The notes under the pieces: model-generated | What the model was told of the DNA's origin: nothing | What the model saw: only the letters and a program-made list of their open reading frames with translations | Database searches by the model: none | Translations under genes and position numbers: made by a program | Part shown: one piece after another, positions 38,138-49,538 of the stretch | Layout of the letters: each line of letters starts with the position of its first letter | Numbering within the stretch: the first letter of the stretch is position 1 | From: Selaginella moellendorffii | Lineage: Eukaryota; Plantae; Lycopodiophyta | Assembly (NCBI RefSeq): GCF_000143415.4 | Contig: NW_003314261.1 | Span: forward strand, 3,278,880 to 3,342,879 | Direction of reading: 5' to 3' | Length of the DNA: 64,000 nucleotides

Positions 38138-41100
38138 TTAATTGAATTTTGCATAAGTACATAAAATTCTGCCTTGCAGAAATTCCTCCACTAAATCTCG
38201 TGCGTTCGCTAGGTTCTCCTCCGGTTCCCATGTTGCTTCGCAGTGTGGAAATCCTTTCCACTTCACATGGAACTCTCTCACCTCGCGTCCTTGTCGCTTG
38301 CTCTTGCGCGCATTGAGGATGGCCTCGACTTCGTATTCCTCTTCCCCTTGGATAACCTCAGGTAAAGGTCTCACTTGGTCCTTGCGAAGCGGATCCTCAA
38401 AGTACGGCTTGAGTAAGTTCACGTGGAACACTGGGTGCATCTTCCCCATCTCTCGAGGAAGTCGGAGTCGGTAAGCCACTTTACCGATTCGTGCCTCAAT
38501 TTCATAAGGCCCCGCGAACCTGCTTAAGGAACTCAAGATCAATTCATTTACAGGAATACATGCATCTTTACCTTTGGGTCAACTTTTGGCTGATCCAGCT
38601 TGGTAGTCTGAGGTTCTTGGTGTTCAGCCACACCTTCTCCCCAGCTTGGAACTCCACATCCCGACGCTTTTGGTTCGCGTACTTAGTTTGCCTTTGTTGA
38701 GCCCGTTCCAAGGAATCCCTCACTAGATTCCAAATGTTGAGTCTTTCCGCCGTGAATGCCTCCACTGCGGGTAACTCTCCATGATACTCGGCCACGCCGA
38801 GTTCCACAGGACCTTCAATAGCTCGCCCATTGATGACTTCCCATGGACTCACCCCGATGCTTGAGTGTGGTGAGTTGTTATAACACATTTCCGCAAGTCC
38901 CAAATGACTTACCCAGTCGGTCTGGTCTCCCGAGACATAGCATCGCAAATAATCCTCCAACTGCCTATTCACCCTTTCCGTTTGTCCGTCTGTCAAGAAG
39001 TGTTAGTGCCATCAATCTTGACTTAATACCCATTACCTGTCTGTGGGTGATAGGCTGTGCTGAATTTCAATTTGGTGCGATACTGTTCTAGGAGTGTCCT
39101 CCAGAACCTACTAGTGAAGATCTTATCTCGATCTGAGATAATCTCTTCCGGCCTTCCCCGCACTCGAACCACTTGTTCGAAGAACAGCTTCGCCACACCT
39201 TCCGCATCCACGTCCGTTGTGGTGGGTATGAAATGTGCCATCTTTGAAAATCGGTCCACCACCACGAATATCGCATCGAACCCCTCGCTTGGGGGTAGTC
39301 CCGTGATGAAGTCCATCGTAAGACATTTCCACGGGCGATCTGGAATTGGGATGCTTTGCAACAAGCCCCCACTAGCCTTAGTCACGGCTTTGACCTGCTG
39401 ACATGTTGGACATGTCTTTACATAGTCTTGGACGTCCTTAGCCATATCTGGCCAATGGTACTTCCTCTTGAGTAAGCCCATCGTCTTGGGCACTCCGCCG
39501 TGTCCCACAAGAGGTCCGTCATGACACTCTTCTAAGGCCACCTTCCTTAGTTCCCCTTCTGGAACATACACCCTCGTTTGCTTGTAATAAATGAGTCCGT
39601 TGCGTTCCGCATAGCCCGTTTTCTCTTCCGTTGGCAGCTCACCTCTCTGGTGAGCTTCCCGCGCCTCTAGATTCCTCAGCAACACTTCTTGTGCTAGACC
39701 ATCGTTCTCATATGCTGTCCGCACATCGTCCCAGAAGGTTGCTGTTGCGCTGGATATTGCCAACTTCAAGCTCGCTTTTCGACTTAGCGCATCCGCCACG
39801 ATGTTGCTCTTCCCAGGCTTGTACAGAATTTCGCAATCAAACTCGGCCAAGGCATTGGCCCACCGACCTTGTTTCCCTCTTAGGTCGGGCTGTGACAAGA
39901 AGTGTTTCGTTGCCACATTGTCCGTGTAAACCTTGAAGTGTCTCCCAAGGTAGTGTCGCCACTCCTTGAGTGCCTTGACCACCGCAAACAATTCCTTCTC
40001 ATGGGCAGGCCACTTCCGTTGAGCCTTGTCCAGCTTCTTCGAGAAGAACGCTACCGGATGGTTGTCTTGCTTCAGAACTGCGCCCAACGCAAAGTCCGAA
40101 GCATCCGTTTCTACCTCAAAGTCCTTACCAAAGTCTGGCAATGCCAATACGGGAGCCTTCCTCAACTTCCCTTTGAGGTGGACGAATGCCGCCTCGCATT
40201 CTGCTGTCCATACCATCTTCCCTTTTCCTGTTTGGTCCGTTAAGGGCAGGGCTACTCTCGAATAGTGTCTGATAAACTTTCGATAGTAGTTGCATAGCCC
40301 CAGGAACGCCCTCAACTCATGTACATTCGATGGTCGCTCCCATTCCTGGATCGCTTGGACCTTCTCCGGGTCCACCTTGAGCCCGTCCTGGCCCACCACA
40401 TGCCCGAGAAACTTTACCTCTTGTTGAGCAAAGTCACATTTGCTCTCTTTAGCATACAGCTTGTGTTCCCTTAGTTTCTCAAACACCTTCGCCAAGTGTT
40501 CGGCATGCTCTTCTAGCGTCTCGCTATAGATCAGGATGTCGTCGATATAGACGACCACGAAGTGATCCAGATAGGGTACAAAGACGTGGTTCATTAGCGC
40601 CGAAAACGTTGCCGGCGCATTACATAGCCCGAAGGGCATCACCAGAAACTCAAAGCTCCCATACCTCGTTCGACAGGTTGTTTTCTCAACATCTTCCTCG
40701 GCTACCCTGATCTGGTAGTATCCTGACCTTAGGTCAATCCTCGAGAAGTATTTTGCCTTTCCCAACCTATCGATCAGGTCCTCAATCCTTGGCAAAGGGT
40801 ACTTGTTCTTCTTTGTATACTTGTTGAGCAAGCGGTAGTCTATGCACATGCGCATAGATCCATCTTTCTTTTTCACAAATAACACCGGCGCCCCATACGG
40901 CGACTTGCTCAACCTAACATACCCTTTGTCCACCAACTCCTCTAGTTGGCACTTGAGCTCCTTGAGTTCTTTTTCGTTCAAACGATAAGGGGGACGAACC
41001 ACTGCCTCAGCACCCTCGACCAGCTCAATCTTATGTTCTATTGGTCGTGCTGGGGGCAGCCCCGCCGGTAGCTCCTCCGGCATGGTATCCTGGAATTGGT

Positions 41101-42910
41101 CCAACACCCGCTGGATCACTAAAGGCACTTCTTCCGTTCTTGTCTTTTTGTCACTCTTCACCGAGAGTAAGCACAAAAAGGCTGCCTTAGTTCCTTTAGT
41201 GAGTTGTCCTCTCGTGGACACCAGGTTTAAGCAGGATTCTTTGGCCTTGCTTTGCCCTACCTTTAGATCCTGGGCTTCCACCCTAGATCTTCTTCCTTGG
41301 GCATTCGCCAGTACCACAAGGTTCCTACCTTGTCCATGTAGGGCTACCACGAACCGATTGAACCAATCCATTCCGAAGATCACGTCAAATCCCGCCATGT
41401 CCAACACGGTGAAATCCATGTCTACCTTCCATGTCCCTACTTCGACTTTCGCTTGTCGAAGTACCTCATCGGTGCTTTGGCTACCTTGAACAAACTCTAT
41501 AGTCCTTGGTTCGCCTAGCCGCTGCACCGTTAGTCCGGCTTGCCGGACTATGTCTGCAGCCACAAAATTATCCGAAGCACCCGTGTCAATAAGGATCTTA
41601 ACAAAGCTACCTCCGAGCTTCCCTCGGAGGGCTAGTAGATGTCGCGAACGACTCTCTACCAAAGTTGCTCGCGTAATGAGTAACTTTGAGTTAGGGACTG
41701 GATCACATACCTCATTTTGGACTTCGCCCGACTTGATGGCCATATTGGCTCTGGCCTTCTTCGGGTAGGGACATTCCCTCGAAAAGTGTCCCGCTTCACC
41801 GCAGTTATAGCATACGTTGTTTCCCACGCTGCTATATGACTTGACCTTCTTATCCGTGGGTTTGTCTCTTTTCGCTTGACTCCCCCACGTACTTGCTCGC
41901 TGGCCACCGGATTTGCCTTTCTAAAATCCCGAGGACTCATTCTTAGAGAAACTCTTCTTGAATTTCCCCCTGCTATATGTTCCCCTCGGTTTGGCCCCTT
42001 TGTGAAACGTGGATCCCGACCCCGTCGTGTTCCCCTTTCGCAGGTTATCGTTGAAATGCACCTTGATGGCCGCATCCAACGCTTCCTTGTAGTTGGTCGG
42101 GTTCCAGCGCATCACCTCACCGCGAGCCCAGGTTTGCAAACCTGATATAAAGGCATGGAACACATCCATATCCCCCATGTCCGTGACAAGTATCCTCTTT
42201 GCCATGAACCCATTCACATATTCCTGGATGGTTCCAGTCTGCTTCAGCCTACTCAGCTCATCTCTCAGATGCAGAGTGGCATTCGGAGGAACGTATGTCG
42301 CGCGGATCCTCGCCTTCATCATGTCCCAGGTGGCCACCGGTCCTTCGTTGGCCTCCGTTGTTCTCCACCAAGACTTGGCATTATCTGCCAAGTATGGTTT
42401 TGCACATGGGACCTTCTCCGAGCTCGGTAACCGTAACGCTCGGAAGTAGTCCTCCATATTGTAAAACCAATCCTCCACAACCTTATAGTCGTTCACTCCC
42501 TTGAACACCGGTGGGGGCTTTGGTTTGTACTTGGGAACTGCCTGAGGGACTGATTCCACTTCGGTCTGTTCGACCTTGTCTGGTTTTGCCTCAGTCCCTG
42601 CCGAAGGGTCCGCACCTTCTGCGCTGCCAGCATCCGCAGTCTTTCGCCTTTTCTTCCGCTTCTCGTCACGCTTTAGCTTGCGTACGAGAGTCTCCAGCAG
42701 GGCATTGGTCTGCGCCAATTGACCTTCTAGAACGTCCAATCGAGCCTTGGACGACCGAACCTCGCCACCGGACTCCTGTTTGGAAGTTTCCTCACTAGAG
42801 TCCTCCTCATGCAAGGATTCCTCATCCATAGCCTCTTGTTCGACCAGAGGCTCCAGCTCTGGCGGAGGTTCTGTCTTCGCCTGGGTTCGCTTACGCCCTG
42901 CCCTTGCCAT
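38138..42910 (-). CDS. gag-pol polyprotein: exons 42910-39037, 38989-38572 and 38519-38138; one in-frame TAG at 41923-41921
   Basis: Zinc knuckle [14 protein letters not shown], protease LIDTGA, RT YIDD, RNase H TDAS, integrase [30 protein letters not shown] module and chromodomain EYEVEAIL...VKWKGF...TWEP. Joined exons total 4674 nt (1558 codons). Confidence 0.9.
38520..38571 (-). other. Putative spliceosomal intron 2 in the integrase GPY/F module (52 nt, GT-AG, phase 2)
   Basis: CAAAG|GTAAAG...TTCCTTAAGCAG|GTTCGCG; removal yields K-L-T-Q-R-F-A-G-P-Y. Confidence 0.85.
38990..39036 (-). other. Putative spliceosomal intron 1 in the integrase core (47 nt, GT-AG, phase 1)
   Basis: ACAG|GTAATG...GCACTAAC...TTCTTGACAG|ACGGA; removal yields H-P-Q-T-D-G-Q-T-E-R. 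Confidence 0.85.
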
Positions 42911-42969
42911 CTCCCAGCAATCCGCCTCTATCCTTTGCTAGAACTGAGGAGAAGGCTCCGATACCAAAT

Positions 42970-44115
42970 TGTAAGCCACAAATTTTTCCTTTCCACTTTG
43001 CCAGCTTACCTCGCCTATCCGTCCAACACTGCCTTGGCTTTTGCTAAGTTCCCTCGCCAAGGTTCTCACCTATGGTACCAGCTCCTACTTGGTTTCAGCT
43101 ACTCACTGCACGAGCAACGGAGTGTTAGCCATCCTTCCATGGATTCCCAAATCACTCCCAATCCCCCTCCCCGGGTTAAACTGGACTTAAGGTTCGGCTA
43201 CACTCCCCGCAAGCACAAGCAGCCAAGCACACCAAGCTTCCAGGTTCCTAACATCCCTTGGTACCACAAGACTTGATCATAGGACCCTCTAAATCCCAAG
43301 TCTTGAGTGCAACACTTGCTTCGGGACGCCGGGGCGAAACACCGTGGCCTAGCGGCCCGGTATGGGTACCTCTCGCCCCCCACTTCCATCCCGAAGGAAG
43401 GCCCAAGCCCCTAGGAAGGGCGAGGACCAATGAGCTGCATGGTACTCAAGTGGGGCACCACTCCACATGAGCCGGGAGCACCGCAATCGGTTTCCCTTTC
43501 GGGAGTGGGAGCTGCTCTTGAGCACTTCCTTGGATGGCCCCTCCGGCACCAGCCAAGTCCATGCTCACTCCCACCCAAGGCCCCTCGGTCCAGTCCCAAC
43601 CTCAAGTCGGTTTGGAAGCCCAACTGGAGAGTCCCTTCAAAACTGGTTCCTGGACCTCACTATCCCTACTATACTTTTGGAACCCCCTGCAGCCCCCCCC
43701 CCTGGGAGACGCACGCTTTGGGCTTTCACCCCTTGACCCGTATTAGTATTTGGACTTAGTCTCTGGCTCGATCTCGGACCCGATTTCGGATCCGACTTCG
43801 GATTCGGGTTCGGACTCGATCACGGACTCGATCTCGGACCCGATCTCGGACCCGACCTCGAACTCGACCTCGGACTCGGTCTTGGACCCGATTTCGAATC
43901 TCGGACTCCGTCTCGAACTCGGTCTCGAACTCGGACTCGAACTCGGTCCCCGAGTCGGTCTCGGACTCGATTCCGGACTCTATCTCGAACTCGGTCCTAG
44001 AGTCGGTCTTGGACTCGATCCTCGACTTGGTCCTATCCGATGAACTCTTTGTCATTTCGGTCAAGCTTTTGGAGATCCTTTAGCCTACGACATCTCGGGG
44101 AGTCGGTTCCTTACA
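42970..44115 (-). repeat. 5' LTR of the intact element (1146 bp)
   Basis: Direct repeat of 36578-37734, adjacent to the PBS. Confidence 0.95.
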
Positions 44116-47100
44116 CATCGTACTGATGTCTCAAACCCAAGAGACCAATCCAGGGCAAACCACAAAGAACATGTGGTATTGCAAAAAGCTATAAGCCATC
44201 AAAAAAAATAACTAACCATCATGAAAGATCATCAATCATCCCATCAATAGAGAAATGCATAATCGTCATTGAAGAAAGAATCCACCATCCTGAAGAATGG
44301 CAAATCATTCTAGATCAATGATAATCAAGCAAAACCTTCGACAAGGATAATCAACTATCCTAGATGACAGTCAATCATCATCAACGATTGTTAGATGCAA
44401 AAACCAACTTCAATATCAAAACTAAGAGCCAAAATGCCTTCCCCAACAACTTCTAACAAATGGTACATTGAGCATGAAAACTCAAGGAACAAAAAGTTCA
44501 AAGAAGCCTATAACTAAGTCGTGCCTAACAATGATCACAAGTCTTGCATGAACTAACTTCAATGCTAAAGAAGAAATTATGGTGCAACCCACAATATCCT
44601 CCTCAACACATGTATAAGCCAAACTTCATAATGTGAAAGTTAATGAAGAAAATCTTTGCATCAATCCAAAAGCTAAACATAACAAAGCTATGCTTGATAA
44701 GTGATCACCAAAGGATCCTCCATGAATCCATCTTTAGCGAGATGTAACTCACTTCATAACAAGCACAAGAAAAATCATTAATGATTGATATATCCCAACT
44801 GAAATTCAATAAGGATTCAATCATTCCAATATCAATCACTAATTCTTCCTCTCATAGAGTTAGTATAGTCCATCTAAATCACTTTTCAAGGAAAAGCCAA
44901 AACTCAACCTCTACTAAATAATCTCGCCTAGAATATAACTAACTCAACTTGCCACTTAGTTCGTTTGAACGTCAATACAATTGCTAACTAGCAAATGTAT
45001 GAATGCCAACAACACAAAGAAGCCAAACAATATTGTCAACAACAAGGTATCACTTCAGTGCCACCAACACCATAACAAATCTAGAAGAAAGCATGAGTGA
45101 TTCACCACTCAAAGCGCTTTAGCAACTAAGCTAACTAAGGTCGAAGATACCTTAATCAGTATCCGAAACCAACCCTTCAGCAAAACTCAGTTACAGATAA
45201 CACTTCATCAAGGAGTGATTCACCACGTCCAAGACTCAATGACATCCAACACTATAGACTAGATGTAACCAAATGATATCAACAGAGGTAGAGTCGACAT
45301 GTCAACATGAAAAACTCATATAAGTCTAATGACACGATCCTTTACAACACCATCCAGTAAAGCAAGCCCATCACTGCTAAATCATCATCGAGCAAAGCAA
45401 GTGTCAATAGTTCTCGACTAAGTCTACAAGTAATCACTAGTCACAAAGCAATTAACAATCACCCCTCAACTTGCCTTCACAAGACCCAAACACCAACTCT
45501 TGTCATCAAGTTATATACTTGTCCAACATGAATGTGATACCCCAGGTATGAGATAAAAGTTCATAGACAAGCACAAACTAAATGACCACTCGAATCCAAC
45601 TCAACCGCAATAAGCTCACTAATGCATTTAGCCAATAGCTCTGAACATGCCTTGAAGAGGCTAGCTATGCGTAATCAACATTTAGTCGAAACTAAAGTGA
45701 AGACCACGAGATGGACTCATATCGGTATACAACCTCTTTATAGATAAAGCTATAGTATGGGTACCAACATCTCAACCTCAAACAACTAAGTTGGACATCA
45801 CCATCCTCAACCAAGGCGTAGGGCCATCAAGACCAAATCAAGATCAGTGAGAGCTCACTACTCTTATAAAGTATAACGAAATGCAAGATGCAAACTACCA
45901 CCAAGCACAATGCTATAGAAGAAAGGCACAAATGTCACCTTTCTTAGAAAAGTGCAATGGCCACTTTTCTACACCAACTCCAGACTCTATCCAACTCAAT
46001 TGCTTTAGCCCCAAATGTCAGTATCCCTTTCGGGCTGCATCATACAAATTACTTACTAAAGTCTAAGCTAACCAAAGTCAACTCCACCCCTTCACTAGTT
46101 TGTACTAGCTTACGAAAACGGAATGGTTTTCAGCAAAGTAATCAACAGATCAGCCATTGGAAAAGCTTAAGAAAATTTACGAAAAATTTCCATCCTAGAG
46201 AAAGAATGACTCTCAGTCCAGGAATGCAAACTTTCAAGACTCAACCAACTTCCTCTTACTAACAACTTCACATAGATTCACCTCAATACAAATTCTCATG
46301 ACCCAATAGTATGCTTAAGCATCGAACATCTTTGCCTATCTAACCGATATCCAATACCGACATTCGCAAAGTGCAAAATGAACATCTAAGGCTTGATCAC
46401 AAAGACCACATCTTCAAATATCCACATTGCACTAGCACTCTTCTTCAACCACCTTCAAGATCTAATGTGAAGCCAAAACATTAACAAGAAAAATGACATG
46501 GAAAATCAAGCTTTAAGGAAAAATTCCTCTTCACTCAAAATAACAATGCCACTTCCACCAACACTAGTGTTAGTGATGTCAATGCCTCAACTACACACTG
46601 TCTCCATCCAACAATCTACTCCAAGTGCTAACGGATCAATTGATGAGCTATAACAAATGAATGTTACAACCCTTTTCCAACACCTTATGGGCAAACCCTC
46701 AAGAACATGGAACCAACTTAAGTTTAGCATAATAGACCACCATCGAGAATCCAGTCAAAGCTACTACAATACTACTATATGCAAGTAGATTAACTTCACT
46801 ATCAACTACTTTGGGGTTGATTATCATTTGACCAAGCAACTTCGTAAACACATTGCTCACTATCACATGGATATGATACAAGTATCACAATGACTTGATC
46901 ATCAATTGAGCAACACCACGAGTAATGCCCATGTCACTACTACAAATGTTTATGTGACTATCAAGTGCTAACTCAATTGGACAAAATGCAACATAAATAC
47001 CACACTCTACCGATAGAGACTTACAACACCCACCACCACTAACTTTTGTTCACAACATAGACAAGCTTATGCCACTCTCTTTTTGACTAAACTCAAAACT

Positions 47101-49538
47101 AATCTAACACCAAGCTACTCAAGGAGCAATAGCAAGATTCCCTAGAAAAGAATTGAGCATTGCAACCCAAATCTTCCAATAACAAGCCTAGACAAAATGG
47201 TTTAGCACTTCACCACTATCCATCCCATGATTCACCACTAGTAAGACCATCACTTCCAACATGCATCAAGGTAGGGACTCTTGATTGCATAATGTGAACA
47301 CAGGCAATGAGTCACACCTTGTTGCAAATCATTTCTTCAAGAGGAGAAAATAATTTACGTGTTTGATCCTTCGTCCCTGGTGATTCTCTTTTCAGTTTCA
47401 TCTTTGACTAAACCTCAAGCTTGCTTTCGCACTACTTTCAGTCCAATCCAAAAAAAATTTAGGAGAGAGCACAACAATAATTACTTGAACCAATAGACTA
47501 ATCCCTATAATCTTGATTGATCCATTTATAATCATGCCTAGGAAGGATCCACTAGTGCTGTGCTAAATAGCTACGGACCAGCCTATTTGCCACTCACAGC
47601 AAACCCAGGGAAGGTTTACTTTCACCTGTGGTACATAGAACAACTCATAGAACCATTGGAACAACTCATGGGACCACCAGTAGGCTAACATTAATCCTGC
47701 CAACTCAAAGTGTAACCTTGAGTTGCTAATGTGCCTCACTCACGAGCCCAAGCGCAAACTCGTGTAAACGGAACAACTCAGTCCACCTTATAAGCCCAAG
47801 AGCAAACTCACACAAGCTCACATAATATGGAACAAAATCCATACCCAAGGAACAAGTGCGGAGCCTTTACACCCAAACGTGTACCCACTTGGATCATCGT
47901 TTTCATCTCTGCATATGCAACGAGACTAGTTGCCCAATCTCATTGGATAGTGCTCGGCGAGAACCTCCTCTGATACCAAATGAAGCGCACATGGTTTTTA
48001 CCCTTTATCCTATGGTGATTTACCATAGGATAACACCACAAAGCGGAACCTAAACCCTCTTTGTGCCATATGTCACATGCCACATGTCCAAAGAACAGTG
48101 GTGCGGAACCTGAGTTTTAGGGCCTTGGGCCACTGAATGAAGGAAAGGTGCCAAACTCCCAAGCTTGGAGCCAAGGAGTGACGGAACTGAACCACGGAGC
48201 AACTCCCAAGCATACAGCCCAAGGAGTGAAGGGACAGGAGCCCGGAGTGACTTGGAACAGTCCTGGAGCAACCAGCATCCTAATGCCAGAACCAACATGC
48301 AAAACGAAGCCAAACAGAGTTTGGCGCTATTTCGACATACTGGTGGCTTAACGTGAGGATATGGGTACTCCACCAGCTAACATGGAATGGAACTTGGGCT
48401 TAGACCCAAGCCTGACGCAGAACAAGGATAGGTACGCAAGCGGGAGCTAGACTATGCCTCAAGTTGGTCAGCCATGCCCAACCTACCCACTAAAGAGTTA
48501 AAGAAGTACCTGATCCAGAGACATCGGGAGTGAATGTCTGTGCATTGTCGGGGTGATAGCCACTGCCTCCTTGGGTTAGACTGGACTTAAGGTTCGGCTA
48601 CACTCCCCGTAGGCACATACAGCCAAGCACACTAAGCCTCCAGATTCCTTCCCTACTATACATTTGGAACCCCTTGTAGCCCCTCCCCCCCCCTGTTGAG
48701 GAACAGACGCTTTGGGCTTTCACCCCTTAGTACCAGGAGTTAGTCTCTGGGACAAGCTCAAAACTTACTAAATATGGAATGGCACTAGAATGTGAATTTG
48801 GACACGGGATGAACATCATTGTGTTCAGGCCGATCTCTACATTCCGTAGATATGCCAAATGAGCAAATCTGAACACTTTCCATAAATAGCATTTAGGACC
48901 GAAATGAGACCAACACAAAGGGCATGATAGCGAGGGTGTTTGGCAGACACGGTAAGCTATCATCCAGCGATATTGAGGGACCAATCTCAATACGCGAGGG
49001 TTTTGTCAAGCCAGTGCAAGACAGAGCAAAAAAGAACTAACAAGCCGGGCCGAGTATGCTCAGCTAAATAGACATTTAGGAATTCCTTCCTTATACTTAT
49101 CCGGCTAAGTACATATACTAAGCCCAATTTACTAACACTTGAACAAGAGGGGCCAATAAAGGGAACCAGCAATACCGACCTCCTGCCATTATGGCAGTAA
49201 GGAAAGAGTGTCCGTAAGGACTGGCCGATAGGTAACTTTCGATACCCGAAGTCACATTTGCAACAACCTCGGACCCGATCTTGGACTTGACCTCAGACTC
49301 GACCTCGAACTCGGTCTCAGACCCGATCTCGGAACTTGGACTTTGTCTTGAACTCAGTCTCGAACTCAGTCTCAGAGTCGGCCTTAGACTCGATCCCGGA
49401 CTCTATCTCGAACTCAGTCTCAGAGTCGGTCTTGGACTCGATCTTAGACTCAGTCCCATCCGATGAACTCTTTATCATTTCGGTCATGCTTTCGGGGATC
49501 CTTTAGCTTACAACACCTCGGGGAGTTGGTTCCTTACA

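Larger units (their letters stand above)
36578..44115 (-). mobile_element. Structurally complete chromodomain-bearing Ty3/Gypsy LTR retrotransposon (chromovirus), family A
   Basis: LTRs 36578-37734 and 42970-44115 (TG..CA); TSD CATCG at 36573-36577 and 44116-44120; tRNA-Met-type PBS at 42966-42955; PPT next to 37735; gag-PR-RT-RH-IN-chromodomain. Confidence 0.97.
34393..49265 (-). mobile_element. Gypsy-like element, family C, with decayed interior; inserted in the family-A LTR
   Basis: LTRs 34393-35525 and 47981-49265; TSD ACCTC at 34388-34392 and 49266-49270; PBS TGGTATCAGAG at 47978-47968; PPT at 35526-35540; chromodomain-like remnant FLIKFKGRD. Confidence 0.85.
32410..49538 (-). mobile_element. 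Older truncated family-A copy: gag remnant 32410-33520, PBS 33565-33576, 5' LTR split into 33580-34392 and 49271-49538
   Basis: gag [17 protein letters not shown]...; LTR begins TGTAAGCC at 33580 and resumes after element C to end GGTTCCTTACA at 49538. Confidence 0.8.

Noticed and set aside
38520-39036. Programmed ribosomal frameshifts or random indels as the cause of the integrase breaks
   Set aside because: Extra sequence must be removed, not just shifted, to restore the motifs, and both inserts have GT..AG ends that excise exactly in frame.
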